This document shows, one piece after another, positions 47,496 through 61,229 of a DNA stretch of 64,000 bases. The DNA is from the human T2T-CHM13v2.0 reference genome, Homo sapiens, in NCBI RefSeq assembly GCF_009914755.1, contig NC_060925.1. One strand, 5' to 3'. A program made the translations under genes and the position numbers. Below the pieces are notes generated by a model. The model made no database searches. It was given only the letters and a program-made list of their open reading frames with translations, and was not told where the DNA came from. The number at the start of each line of letters is the position of its first letter. Positions within the stretch are counted from its first letter, which is position 1.

Positions 47496-47859
47496 AACTG
47501 GCTAGACACTCCAGACCTCAGAGGGACCCCCATTTGACGGATCTTCCCTTGTATACTTCCCTGCCACACCCATCCCCATGGGAAGCCAGGGAGCTAGTCC
47601 CTCTCTCTGCCTCTGGTCTGCTCCCTTTGTCTTCCCTGACCACTGCCAACCCCATCAGTGTTCAAGGGCAACTCAGTCCGGGAGCTGTTCTGCAGCCTGT
47701 CTGGTCCTTTAAAGTCATGGAATTTCCGTCCTTTCCAGCCTCGTCTCCCACAGAGTTCCTCTAGGCAGGGCTCTACCACAGATCCCAACTCAAAGACACC
47801 AGTGGGCGTTCTGCTCAGCCCACGCTCATCTAACTGGCCCCCAGGCACCACCTGCAGCA

Positions 47860-48363
47860 GCAAGAGCCCCAGAACTGGAAGTTCCTGCCTTCACTGTGCC
47901 ACTCACTTGCTGTGTGACCTTGAGCAACTCTCTCTTCCCCTCTGGGCTCCAGTTTCTCCATCTGTAAAATGAGAGAATGGGATGCAATGATGCCTAAGGC
48001 TCTGGCCAATCAGAGCACCAAATCCCCTAGGTTGCAATAATTGGTACCAAGGTGGGCGCGTGACCCAAGTTAAGCCAATGAGCACCCATCCTGGGGCTCC
48101 TGGTTGAAACTTTGTATAAAAGCATCTCACTTTCAGCAGGGTTTGCTAGCTGGCAGCATGTGAGCCTGGAGATGGTGGTAGGGGGCCTCAAAAGAAAGTG
48201 TGCTTGAGGACAAAGCCAATACTTCTCCCTGAAGGTATGTCTCAAGCTCCTGGATCCAGCCATGCCTGAAATCAGTTACATGGAACAATAAATTCCACTT
48301 TTTGCCTAAGTCAGTCTGAACTGCATTTCTGATGTTTGTATCCAATGGGATCCTGACCTGTAT
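47860..48363 (+). mobile_element. MIR (47860-47985) joined to an MLT1J/K LTR (~47997-48363)
   Basis: ctggccaatcagagcacc..tgacccaag..gccaatgag..tggatccagccatgcctgaaatcagttacatgg..caataaattcc. Confidence 0.75.
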
Positions 48364-48554
48364 AAGTCTTTCTTTCCACATATATGTGCTATAAAGTTGA
48401 GGACCTCAACTTTAAAATATTTAATGCTTTCTCTAGTGATGCCTTCAGGATGCCTTCTTTGCTCTCACCTGTTTCTCCCAGTCCCCCTATCCTTGAACCT
48501 AGCTGAGGTGTCACCTCCTCCAGGAAGCCTTCTCTGACCGCCCTACCTTCCAAA

Positions 48555-48835
48555 GTAGGTTTCTCTAAACACTAATCCTTCAAAAATCCCATTTAACAAA
48601 AAGGATTCTATGGTCAAACAAGCTTGGGAAATGCAACATACTATATCCTCCTTTCGGAGGACTCATTGCACTGAGCCCATAAAGAATCCTGAGAAGTTCT
48701 ATCCAGAGAAACCAGTTCATTTTGTCCAGTGTTTCCCAAACTTATTTCCTCATGGAGCCCTCCTCCCTTTTTCCATGGAATATCTATTAACCTCCTGCAG
48801 GGTGAGATTCCAAGGTGTCACTTGGGCAAACACTA
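48555..48835. mobile_element. MER102-like hAT-Charlie MITE
   Basis: tggtcaaacaagcttgggaaatgcaacatactatatcc..cctgagaagttct..cagtgtttcccaaacttatt. Confidence 0.6.
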
Positions 48836-49308
48836 TCCGTAACTTCCATAGATTCACTCTCAGTCCCCTTCAGGGGGGGTTTCAGAGCAATTAAATGCCT
48901 ACTGTGTGTGAGGCCCACAGCAAGTGGCTAGGAATACATCAATAAATCAGACACACCCCAGCTTGGGAGGAACCTGCAGGCTGAGCGACAGCCACACCTT
49001 ACTGCTTGAGTCTGACCTGGGCCCACCAAGGCTGTATAACCTTGACCAAGTCACTCTTCTCCTCTAGTCTTCAATTCCTCCAACTGTAAAATGAGAGAAT
49101 GCAATGCCACAATCCCTAAAGACCTGGCCAGCCGGAGCACCAAATCCCTTAGGCTGCCATGATTGGTTCCAGAGTGGGTGCATGAACCAAGCTGAGCCAA
49201 TGAGCGTCCATCCTGGGGCCCTGCAGGAAGTCAGTTGCCTCCACAAATCATGTGCCAAATGTGGGTTTGAACGCATGGGTGCATATTTTGGAGGAAAAAG
49301 AATGTGTT

Positions 49309-49618
49309 GGCCAGGAACGTTGGCTCACGCCTATAATCCCAATACTTTGGGGGGCTGAGGTGGGTGGATCATTTGAGGTCAGGAGTTCAAGACCAGCTTG
49401 GCCAACATGGTGAAACCCTGTCTCTACTAAAAATACAAAAATTATCCAGGTGTTATGGTGGGTGCCTGTAGTCCCAGCTGTTCAGGAGGCTGAGGCAGGA
49501 GAATCACTTGAACCCAGGAGGCAGAGACTCCAGTGAGCAGAGATCACACCACTGCACTCCAGCCTGGGCAACAGAGTGAGACTCCATCTCAAAAAAAAAA
49601 AAAAAAAAAAAAAAAAAA
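49309..49618 (+). mobile_element. Full-length AluS
   Basis: Dimer plus long poly(A); TSD AAAAAGAATRTGTT. Confidence 0.96.
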
Positions 49619-49829
49619 GAATATGTTTTCTCCAATGCCTCCATGACCCAAAGGAGGTTTATAAATGCTGGCAGCGATGAAAACTCAGTACCAAGAAAAT
49701 GTTAGGGTGAGGAACTTAAGGTTTTGTACGAAAGGGTAGGGGGATTAAGACTGTGAGTGGATGAATGTGTTCAAGCCTCCCTGAATACTTTACATTCACC
49801 TAGCTGAGATGGTTTTGATTTCCTGGCAG

Positions 49830-50040
49830 ATAAGGACTCAGTCTCTGATGAATTGCAGTGATATCATTTAATAGCTGTGTGTCCTCAGGCAAATTACTCA
49901 ACCTCTCTGCACCTAAGCTTCCTCATCTTGAAAATGCCCCCCAGGTCTGACCTCACAGAGGGAGGATTAAATGAAATCAGGTAGGTGAAGTTCTTAGTCC
50001 AGAGTTGGACAAAAAATAAACTTTAAATAAAGGTTAGCTT
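49830..50040 (+). mobile_element. MIR SINE
   Basis: tagctgtgtgtcctcaggcaaattactcaacctctctgcacctaagcttcctcatct. Confidence 0.8.
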
Positions 50041-50359
50041 GAACCGTGATAGCACAGTGAAAACCAATCACAAAGAATGGTCCCTCAATGATAGGGACAG
50101 CGATGCTCTTCTACAGAGTTTCCCTAAGTAATAATGGGGAGCCCCACCCTCCATTTCCATCTCCCTCCCACCTCCTGCCCACCAAGACCTTTGCAGGCTC
50201 CTCACCCCTGCAGGGTCCCCAAGATGCCTGTCAGTCCTCCTTACCCTGGGACAGAGTCGAGGCTGATTTGGGCATCCAGGCTTCCGTTCTGACGCTCACA
50301 GCCCTTCTGGGTTTGTGCCCTGGAACTGGGAGTTCATAATTCTTACAGTCTATCTTAAG

Positions 50360-50917
50360 CAGCCGATGGTCCTCACCTCCTGGTATCCACGGCCCTGTGT
50401 ACTGGTCTCCCCATCAGGGTGCACTGGACCTACAGACTTGCTTCTAAGGAATAGAATACAACAAACATGTTGAGATACCATTTAAAAATTGGGTTCCTAA
50501 AGCCTCTGGCTTCCTTATTGCTCACCAGCCCTCTCTTGTTCCTTCTCTGCCTGCTCTGCTGGAAGCCACTGCCGTGGTATGAGCTGCCCTATTTGGAGGC
50601 CCATGTGGCAAGGAAATGAAGGCGGCTTTTGGCCAGCAGAGAGCAAAAAGTTGAGGACTTCAATCCAACAATCCATGAGGAACTGAATTTTGCCAACAGA
50701 AGGGATCGTGGAAGCAGATCCTTTCCCAGGCAAACCTTGAGACATTGCAGCCTCAGCTGGCACTTTCATTGCCATCTCATGGGGGAACCCGGGCCAGAGG
50801 ACCCAGTTAAGCCACACCTGGATTCTCACCCACAGAAACTGCGAGATAATAAATGCTATTATTTAAAACCATTCAATTTGGGGATAATCTGTTACACAGT
50901 AATAGATAACTAATACA
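50360..50917 (+). mobile_element. MLT1E/F-like MaLR LTR
   Basis: gacttgcttctaaggaatagaatac..gaggcccatgtggcaaggaa..gattctcacccacagaaactgcgagataataaatg..aatagataactaataca. Confidence 0.85.
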
Positions 50918-51765
50918 CATTGCAAAAAAGAAGGGGGTTGATTTTGGGGGACTCACTGACCTGGAAAGTCCAGGAGTAGAGCTTGTTTTGGGTATGGTTG
51001 GATCCATCAAATGTCAACAGGCATCCTTCTGTCTCAGTCTGGGTTTATGTGAGAGCAGGGCCTGAGACAAGGGGATGCTTGCAGGTGGTTTATTTGAGGG
51101 GTGATTGCAGGAATGAAGGTGGGAGGAGATTGAGATAAGCACGCTGCCTCCCAGAAGTGTCTTTCTGAAAAACAGGAGCCAGGGGCACTTACCCACCAGC
51201 TCTGCACTGCACTGGTTGAGGGTGGTCCCAAGGGTATTAATTCCTCTGGACTTCAGAGCTGCACCCACGCTCAGGCTAGCGGGCTCCTCAGCTCAGGAAA
51301 CTCTTGAGGTGGATCCTGCCAGTGTGTACAGGACTATTCACTGCAGCTGTACCTGAGCTCAGGCACAAGGAGCTAATGCAGGATGCCAAAAACATCTACA
51401 CTCTCTCCTGCATCCCTCAACTCCCCTCCTCTGAGATGCTTGCAACATCAGGCAGCTTCTTCCAGAGGCTGGCAACAGTACCATGGACAGCCCCAGGCTT
51501 TCTTCCTGCAGCCTAGCAACCCCAAGAGAAAGAGCTTCTTCTTGGTAGTTCCAGCAAAAGTCTCAGGATTGCATGTCATTGGATGACAAAGATCATATGA
51601 TCATCCCTGAACCAATCACTGCTTCAGTGGACTGGGCCTAAGGTTTGACCCATCCCTGTAGCCATGGACTAAGAGTAGTTTCCCTAGGGAAAATTTGAGA
51701 AGCTGAAGAAGAAGAAGCTATAAACGCTGGCCAGAAAACAGATAAACAGGCGTCAGTTACATCCA
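50918..51765 (-). mobile_element. MLT1J/K-like LTR interrupted by an LTR33-like element (51030-51400)
   Basis: ctggaaagtccaggagtag..ggatcca | ccagcaaaagtctcagg..catccctgaaccaatcact; LTR33-like tgtctcagtctgggttt..gtttatttgaggggtgat. Confidence 0.65.
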
Positions 51766-51766
51766 C

Positions 51767-52519
<753 letters not shown>

Positions 52520-52724
52520 TGAAATCACCCTACTGCAGTGAGATTAAGTAATTTGTCCAGAATCACACATCTACTAACTGAAGGGACAGGAATTTGAAGG
52601 CAGGTCTAACAGGCTTTTAACTGCAGTGCTCTACTGATCATGGCACTGGCTGCGCTAACTACAAGTAACTCATTACAGGATCTAGGCTAGTTGTCAAATC
52701 CTGTGTTTGTCACATGAAGAAGTT

Positions 52725-53045
52725 ACGATACAAAATAATAGACCCCAAAATATATTGGCTTAAACAAGATAAAAGTTCGCTTCTCTCTCATATGACAATC
52801 CAGAGGTCCATTGTCCAGGGCTGGCAGGGCAGTGCTGCCAGCCTCCACGTGTGGCTTCCCTCCTGGGGCCCAAGGGGTCTGCTCCAGCAGCGGGAAGTGA
52901 GGAAGAGGAGGGTAAAACACACTCACTTTAAAGAGCACAGCCCAAAGTCGCATGTGCCACTTTTGCTCATATCCCATTGGCTGGACCCCAGTCACATGGT
53001 CAGACTGGCTGCAAGGGAGGCTGGGAAATGTAGTCTTGAGCTGGA
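52725..53045 (-). mobile_element. MLT1J-like MaLR LTR
   Basis: tggcttaaacaagataaaagt..tcccattggctggaccccagtcacatgg..gctgcaagggaggctgggaaatgtagtct. Confidence 0.8.
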
Positions 53046-54224
53046 AGGCTGTGACTACTAGGGGACAACCGGTATACTCTACAACACCAGGTAGTGTGGC
53101 CTCATATGCCTCACTGAGGTGCCCATCGAGGGGGAGGACAGCCCTGGAAAGACACCCAGGTGGTCTCCCAGTGGCGGTTTCCCCCACAGAGCACAGAATG
53201 ATGGCAATACTCCCAAAGACAGGGTCCAGCCACCTCTCCCGAGCCCCCAGCTGTGGATCTAATACTAAACCCCTACCCAGACCATTCTTGGCTTAACATT
53301 TTCTAACAGCTTTCTACGGACAGCATATTTTCCAGTTTATTCTATTGTGTCAAGTGGAGCTTTCAATTTTAAGCTTCAAAGTTTATTTACTTAGAAAATG
53401 TTTGCTTTATCAAAAAAGGATGCTGTGTGGATACTAATAAAGCCTTGTACCTCCAGCCAACAAAATAATCACCTCTGGCTGAATGGAAGTGAGACCACAT
53501 TAGACTTTACTCCAGGGCTCATTTGTACTGGCCCTGCCACCAAACTTCACCTCCCTGTCTTATTTCCAAACTGCAGATGCCTCGTTTTCTAATTTTCCCC
53601 ATAAAGCAGTGACTCATAAACAAGAACAGATTTCTCTTGCTTGCAGAAAAGGTAAATTGCTGGCAGAAATAAATTTGCAGATGCTAAAATTTCACAGGAA
53701 GGAGCTCACTGGTGCAGAGGGTTTGATATCCTGCCCTGCTCCGCTCTTCCCCCACCTATGTGTACCCTTTATCTTCCCTACCAAGCCAAGCTGGGTGCTG
53801 TTAGGGCCTTGCTGAACTCTACAGGCATGGTGAGGAGGTGGGCTCTGCCTTGGAGAATGACTCCCCTGTTTATCTCTGGGTTTGTCCCAGTTCCTGGGCC
53901 TGGGATTGGACTGGGGGCCCCTGAGGCAGAGGACTCCAGCATCCCGGCTCCACTCAGTACAACGACCTCGATTTATGTGGGTTACTCTCAGCCTGTGGAC
54001 CTGTCACTTGGTGAAGAGCAGGCCTGTGGGACCTGCCCAGGGCCTGCAGGAGGTGCTTCCTTGCTCAGGCAGATTGTGGAACCCAGGCCAGCAGGTGGCC
54101 AGCTCAGATGCCACAGCATCCTCCTTCCAAGAGTGAGAGCCCGGGGTGAGCTCTAGAAGTCTCCCTGTCTGACACAGAACCCGCGTCAAAAGGGAAGAAA
54201 GATGCAAACTGTCATTTCCTAAGC

Positions 54225-54400
54225 AGCTGCCGTGTGCTCTCACTGTGCCAGGTCTCCAAATGCATCTTTCCCAATCTTCACAAGCAAGTCCTTGTAACCA
54301 TTTTCCAGGTAAGGAAACTGAGGCACAGAGACGGGACATCACTCACCCACACTCACACTGCCCTCAAGTGACAGAGCCTGGATTCAAACCACCCTTGTGG
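54225..54400 (-). mobile_element. MIR SINE
   Basis: ccattttccaggtaaggaaactgaggcacagaga..gacagagcctggattcaaacc. Confidence 0.8.
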
Positions 54401-55204
54401 CTGGTCTCACCTTCCTGCAGGCCTCCCTTCTTTCTCCATCTCTCCCCAATTCCCCCACCCCCTCATCCTGCTTCACTCCTGCCCAGCCTCATCTGGAATA
54501 TTGAATCCCTCCTTCTCTCCCCTGCTCTTTTCACAGTAAGCACAGAGCATCCAAGGGGGAACATTTTTCCAAAGAAAACAAATTTAAAGGAGCCAGGGGT
54601 GGGGGTAGGGAAAATCTCTGAACGCAGTAGGAAAAATTCAGCAGAGGCAAAGGCCTCAGAGACTCAGGCCAGATGGGGCATGGGTGCCTCCTCCACCCTC
54701 AGCAAGACACTCAAGGACAAATTCGATTTACAGTCACCCACTGCATACCCAGGGCTACCTTAGCAACTAAGTTTTAAATTTGGTAATATCCTACACCTCT
54801 TTCCCATGCCTAAAATCTTCCCTGTTGATAATGTGTTAATTTAAGCTTCTAATTTCTCTTAAAATCCAGGTTTCTGCACCCTCCCAACCCACCACCCTCC
54901 TAGGAGGGGTTAGTCATTTACACTCTAGTATAAATAAGTCTCCTGGCCCTTCCTGAGAGAGGATGTTCTGAGGAGAGTTTAGCCCCAGAAAGAATCATAG
55001 GCTCTCTCAATGTCCACTCTTCTCCAGTAGCCAGAGGGACTCCAGGCTGTATCATCTCCAAACACTCCAGGGCTGAGTGGTACCAGATGTGGCCAATGAC
55101 TGCCCTGGAAGACAGCAGGTCAGGTGCCTTCCCACACTAATCCCTAGCATGGCAGAGGCCTGACTGAGGTCCCCACAGACAACAGATGGTGAGCCAACTT
55201 CTGC

Positions 55205-55218
55205 GTTGCCATGGCAGC
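55205..55218. promoter_or_regulatory. RFX X-box GTTGCCATGGCAGC
   Basis: 13/14 match to the palindromic consensus, in unique sequence. Confidence 0.55.
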
Positions 55219-55879
55219 CCTGGAATGGGGGTGAGGAGACTGTGCTGGGTGTGCACAGACACTTATACCTAGATTACATGAGGGCACGTGGGGAGATGGA
55301 TGCAAATTTCAGACATTATAGTCCTCTCCTCCACCCCCATCTGGGGACTGCAGGACTCTTTAAAGGTGCCCAGGCAGATGGGGCAGTGGTCGGAGGTCCA
55401 GGACCCAGAAACAGACCTGGGCTCCAGGGCTAGGCCTCCTCCTCATCCCTGGCTAAATCACGGCCAGCTGTTAGGTCAAGCACAACCAAGGGGCTGCCAG
55501 GGCCTGCATCCCCCTGCCTGGCAATTCAAGGACTTATTCTGTGTAGGACACTCAAAGACAACAGGAGCCCCAGAGGCAAAAGATCTTTGGGGGCCAAAGG
55601 TCAGATCTGTCAAGAGAGGCCCCTAGGACCTGCCTCTCTTGTCTCTACCAGGAGTCTCTGAGCGGCACCAGGGGCCAGTGTAGGACCCAACCCAAGCTGA
55701 TCCACCCACCTCCAGCTCCTTGAGGGCAATTCTCACTCCCTGGGCCTGTCTGAGCTGTGAGAGCAGGTGCCATTGAACCATGATCTGGGTCAAGCTAGCA
55801 GAGTTGAGCCACAGCACTGAACCTCGAAGCCCAGCCCCAACCCACCTCCAGAACCAAGCCTGCTTCTCAGAGGACTGAC

Positions 55880-56295
55880 TGCATGCATTCACACGGTGCA
55901 TTCACACCATGCACACACACACACAGAGTTCACACTCAGTGCACCCGGTATATACAGGAAGCACTCAGGGTGTGAGCACATCATGCATCTGCCCCAAGGG
56001 TCCCCTTATCCACCAGTGCATGCACACACACTGTGCACGACTTGTGCACACAACACACGCCTAGGAGGCCCACACACCAGGCAGAAAAAGGATACAGTGA
56101 GAACTTATGCAAACACACCCACATTCCTACGTGCAGTATAGACAGTGCATACAGTATAAATACAGCATGCATGGAATAATGCGCATATAGTGCCACAGTA
56201 GAGCAAGTTCACACTGCACAGGCACACACACACGTGCACATATACATAGCAGCATTCACACACGCACGTGCACACACACAAACACACACACACAG
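55880..56295. repeat. Degenerate (CA)-rich tract
   Basis: Direct reading. Confidence 0.75.
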
Positions 56296-56872
56296 AGTAT
56301 CTTCAGCCCTGCAGGGCCAGCCCAGGGAATGTCAGAAAGAGCCAGGAAAATCCCTTCCCTCCTCCCTGGAGGTGAACAAAGACCTGAAGGGTCATTCACT
56401 GAGGCAAGTTGGGACCTGGGGAATTCCTGACTTGGCATCTGGGCCAGCCCCTACAGACAATGAGGTCAGGGACCTATTCTCCTAAGAGAGGCCCAGGAAG
56501 GAGTATCCTGGCCTAAGCCAGGCCCAAGAGCCTTGTAATCACCTGGGACAGAGATGGGGCTGGAGGACAGCCCCAGGGAGGCTCCTGAACCAGCCCAAAG
56601 CCTGCGGCTCCATCCTGCCTGGCTCCCGCCTTCTCTCTCAGTTATACCCAAAAGGCCAGGAGCCCAAGGTGGTGGTGGGGGGCACTGAACAGAAAGGAGT
56701 CTGGGTCTAGGCCTGGCTCCACCTCTACACAACTGGGCATTCTGGACAGGGCCCTTCCCATCTTGAGCCTCGGTTATCCCCTGATACCCAGAGGGAATCA
56801 CCTTGATCCTTCTTGTCCTCATATTGAGGTATATGTCACATGGGTCACTCGTCACCTAAACATCTGACCCTT

Positions 56873-57178
<306 letters not shown>

Positions 57179-57404
57179 CTAGATGGTGAGCCCACGGTCA
57201 GGGTGATGCCCCCCCACCCCCTGTAGGATCTCCCCAGCATCGGCACTGGATGGGGCTGTGGACAAGATCAGTAAGAGGCTTTCACCACCCAGGGATAGCC
57301 TAGTCCTTCCATCTGGCCTGTGCAGGCTGGAGGGTCTTGCCTGGTCGGCTCTTTTGAGCCACCAAGCCCAAGCCCAGAACTGGTGTACCTTGCTGGGGCG
57401 CAAC

Positions 57405-58050
57405 AACCCTAGCATGATGCAAGAAGCACCAAGCTAGAGGTCAGAATGTGTAGGTTCCAGCCACTGACTCTCTGTGACCTTGAATGAGTCCTATTTTGTG
57501 CCTCAGTTTCCTCATCTTTAATACAAGGAAGTTGAACTAGAACTGGTCTCCGAGACATCCCATTCTAAGCTTCCATGTCACCAGAAGCAGGTGGTCTGAG
57601 CTGGAGCAGGGAAAAGGAGAATCTGCCAGGGAAGGTTCCTCTCCCAAGCTGAGATTCCCCGAGCATCCTTCAGGCAGGCGCTGGGTCAAGCCCTTTCTGC
57701 GCACAGTCTCATTGACCAGGAAGATGCCACTAGGATCTCCCATGTGCAAACCAGGATGCAGCAGCTGAGGAAGGACCCAAGGTCACACCCGCAGTAAGTG
57801 GCAGAACCATAATTGAATCTCACGTTTATCTGATCATTTAGGCATAGCTTTACTAAATTCTTTACAAGTATTAACTCACTTAATCCACACAATTCCAAAG
57901 GTGGGTGCTATGATTATCTAGATTTTGGAGAAAACAGAGGCCTGTCTGTTAAGTAACTTGGAAAAGCCATACAGCTAGAAAGTGGAAAAGCTGAGACCTG
58001 AAGCCAGGCACTTTCCACCCAGAACTTAACCTCCTAACCATTGTGCTAAA
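57405..58050. mobile_element. Three MIR fragments (57405-57570+, ~57750-57830-, 57835-58050-)
   Basis: gtgcctcagtttcctcatc; gtattaactcacttaatcc..gttaagtaacttg. Confidence 0.7.
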
Positions 58051-58157
58051 CTCACCCTTCCCTGCTCCCTCAAGGGAAGCAACAGACCGTGCCCAGACGA
58101 GGTCCTACTCTGGCTAAAAGCCACATTTCCCCCCCGCTCCTGCCCCGCTACTGACCA

Positions 58158-58776
58158 TGTGTAGCTGTTATCAATTGACTCAGGAACACTGTGTAACAAC
58201 CACCCACACGACCTCTATGGCACACAACAATACATAGTTACTTCCCCTCACCAGTCTGCAGGTCAAGTGGGTGGTTTTGGGGATCTGGACCAGGCACAGC
58301 TGATCTCAGCTTGTCTTGCCCAGGTGTCTGCTGACAGCAGGCAGGTGAAATGGGGGCTGAATTGTCTAGAATGCTCTCACTCGCATATCTGACAGTTGGC
58401 TGGCTGTTGCTGGGGTGATGGAAGTGACTGGGCCACATGTCTGTCATCTTCTAGCAGGCTAGCCCGGAATTGATGACATGACAGTGGTAAGGGTCTGCGA
58501 AAGAGAGAGAGAGAGAGACAGAGAGAGACAGACAGACAGAGAGAGACAGACAGAGAGAGAGGGAGAGGAAGCTGCAAGTCCTCTTGAGGCCTAGACTTGA
58601 AACTAGCACATTGCCACGTCCTCCACTTTGCAGTGGCTAAAGCAGATCACCAGGACAGCCAGAGCTGGGGAAACAGACTCCACCTCTTGAGGGAGAAGCT
58701 GCAGAGTCACTTTGTAAATGGTATGATTACAGAGAAAAGGGAAGGATTGGCACATCTTTGCAATCAATCTGCCACA
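58158..58776 (-). mobile_element. MLT1F-like MaLR LTR with an internal (GA)n at 58499-58570
   Basis: gtgtaacaaccaccc..ctagcaggctagccc..cctcttgaggcctagac..agactccacctcttga..caatctgccaca. Confidence 0.85.
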
Positions 58777-59239
58777 CCATGGGTCTGTTTCCCACTTTCA
58801 TTTTTACACATTTTCTTATCCTATCCGAGTCACAAAAAATCAGAGCTGGGATGGGGGCGGGGGGACTTAAAAATTAGCTAGTCCCTAGTTACCCATTCTG
58901 CAGATGGGGAGACTGAGGCCCATAGAGAGAAAGGAACATGCCAGGGGGCCTGGGTTCAGGCTCTTCCCTTTGGTTTGGGGACCAGTGCAGACCAGCAGCC
59001 TCCCTCTGCCTCCTTGCTGCTGGTGTCCTCACCACCACCCCACTGAGCTGGCACTTGGCACTGAGTGCCGGGTAGACGGTTCTCCTCTCATCCCCCGCCC
59101 ACCTCTGCTATCCAAACTGAATGCTCTTATTTATATGAGTCACACCAAGCCCGGACATTTGTGCAATTGTCTTCCACATACAAAGTGCCTTTGCGCATTA
59201 CCCTATCCCCATGATCGCCCTAATGAGAAAGGTAAAAGC

Positions 59240-59490
59240 AGTAATAATAGTCACCCTTAACACTTACTGTGCACATTCTAAGGGGCAGGCATTGTTCTAG
59301 GTGCTGACTTCTATTCACTCATTTAATGCTTATGTCAACCCAAGGAAGGAGGTACTATTGTTATCCCAAACTATAGAAGGGGAGAATAAGCTCAGAGAGG
59401 CAGAGTGGCTTACCCAAGCTCCCGTAGCTGATAAATATCAGGGCACAAACCTAGGTCTGTCTAGCGTCAACGCCAGGCTATGCCAACACA
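59240..59490 (-). mobile_element. MIR SINE
   Basis: aggtactattgttatccc..gctcagagagg..ggcttacccaag. Confidence 0.75.
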
Positions 59491-59632
59491 CTGGGAGGTG
59501 GTGCCTAGGTTCCTTCAGTTTCCTCTCCCCAGAGTTCTGGCCTGGAGTAGGGCTGGAGCTGTGGCTCATCTCCTTAAATAGGAGAGGTAAGCCCATCAGT
59601 CTACGTAGCAGAGAGATAAAAAAAATGTAAGA

Positions 59633-59920
59633 CACCTGTAATCCCAGTACTCTGGGAGGCAGAGTGGGGTGGATCACTTGAAGCCAGGAGTTGGAGACCA
59701 GCCTGGCCAACATGGTGAAACCCTGTCTCTACTAAAAATACAAACAAACAAAAATTAGCCGGGTGTGGTGGTGCGTGCCTGTAGTCCCAGATACTTAGGA
59801 GGCTTAGGCAGGAGAATCACTTGAATCCGAGAGGCGGAGGTTGCAGTGAGCCGAGATCGCACTACAGCGCTCCAGCCTGGGTGACAGAGTGAGTGAGATT
59901 CTGTCTCAGGAAAAAAAAAA
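59633..59920 (+). mobile_element. Slightly 5'-truncated AluS
   Basis: TSD approximately AAAAARATGTAAGA. Confidence 0.95.
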
Positions 59921-59934
59921 GATGTAAGAGAGCA

Positions 59935-60175
59935 GAAGAGCTCAGCATGTGGAGCTAAGCAGCCCAGGTTCAAGTCCTGGTTCTGCCACCAGCTAGCTAT
60001 GTGACTTTGGGTGATATATTTGACCTCCCTGCACCTCAGTTTTCCAATCTAGAAAATGGGTGTAATTATTATAGTACCCACTTCCTGGAATGGTCATGAA
60101 GATGAAATGAGTTGATGTATATGAAGCAATAACTGGCACGTAGTAAATGCTCAATAAGCGTTGGCTGTTATTATC
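59935..60175 (+). mobile_element. MIR SINE, near full length
   Basis: ggttcaagtcctggttctgccacc..gcacctcagttttcc..ctggcacgtagtaaatgctcaataa. Confidence 0.88.
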
Positions 60176-61229
60176 CATATCTGGCCCTTTTGGCTTCTGG
60201 AACACCAGAGAGCAGACAAGTCAGCGCTCAGAGCTGCCCTGCAAGAATAAGATCTCTCCATTGGCGGAATGATAGAGAAGCCGACCAGGGGTCTGCTCCC
60301 CTCCCTTTGTGCCCCCTGAGCACTGGGTTCAGGCTTTTAGAGACTCTAAGCAATGAAAAGAAGAGGGGGTCCCATCCCCACCCCCACTATCTAAGTCTGA
60401 ATAAAAACAATGCTAAAATCTAAAAGGAGCACGAAGAAGTTTTAACCATGCTGACTTTGGGGATGATGACAATGTGGATGCTGTGTCACAAATATCATTG
60501 GAGTTTATTTTGGTGCCTCCTTCTTGGAAACACTGAAGCATTCGCTTGGTCTGACTTGGTATGGTCCTGCCCTGGGCTCCCAGGTAGCCTGAGGGGTCAG
60601 TGAATTCCATGGCAGGGACTGGGGACCCTCAGGAGGGGAGAAGCAAATCCTTTCCCAAGAGCACCCCATACTACAGGGGGACGCAAGGAGAAAACCCTCA
60701 CCCAGGATGCTAAAAAAAAAAAAAAATTCCTCCATCCAACAATGTGGCAGCTGCGGTTGCCAAGGAGATGATGAGGAAAGCAGGCAGTGCTGCCTCCCAC
60801 TTGGCAGAGCCCCTGCCTCCACCCCGGCCCAGGAGGGCATTCTCCTGGTGTCATCCTGGGGGCGAGAGGCCAGGCCGGGAAATAGGAGCCCGAAGGTCAC
60901 ATTTCTGCATTGTCACCCATTGTCCCCAGAGCAGAGGGCATGGACCAAACAATGGGCTGATGAACAATAGGGAACAGCAGATGGTCTCTCCCCCAACCTG
61001 CTCACCCCCCACCCGAAACCCCACCCCCACTCCCCAGCTGGTGCCGCTGGGCTTGCCAGGCCCGCCTGGGATGTCCGGGTGGGGGGCCCAGGCTCAGCTG
61101 GCTGCAGACCCCAGCATTGCACCTGCCCACAGTGGGTTTTTGGAAAGAGGCTCTGACTGGGAGTTAAGACCCCTGCATGATGGAAAATCAAAGGAAGAAT
61201 AATAACAGCTAACATTCACTTGTGTCTAA

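Noticed and set aside
53305-53326. REST/RE1-like ACGGACAGC
   Set aside because: Right half-site only; the left half TCAGCACC is absent.
54086-54102. Second CTCF-like motif GGCCAGCAGGTGGCCAG
   Set aside because: Mismatch at the purine after GGC; too weak to call without ChIP data.
54297-54314. CCATTTTCCAG|GTAAGG recursive-splice-like motif
   Set aside because: Derived from the antisense MIR core, with a short pyrimidine tract; common background.
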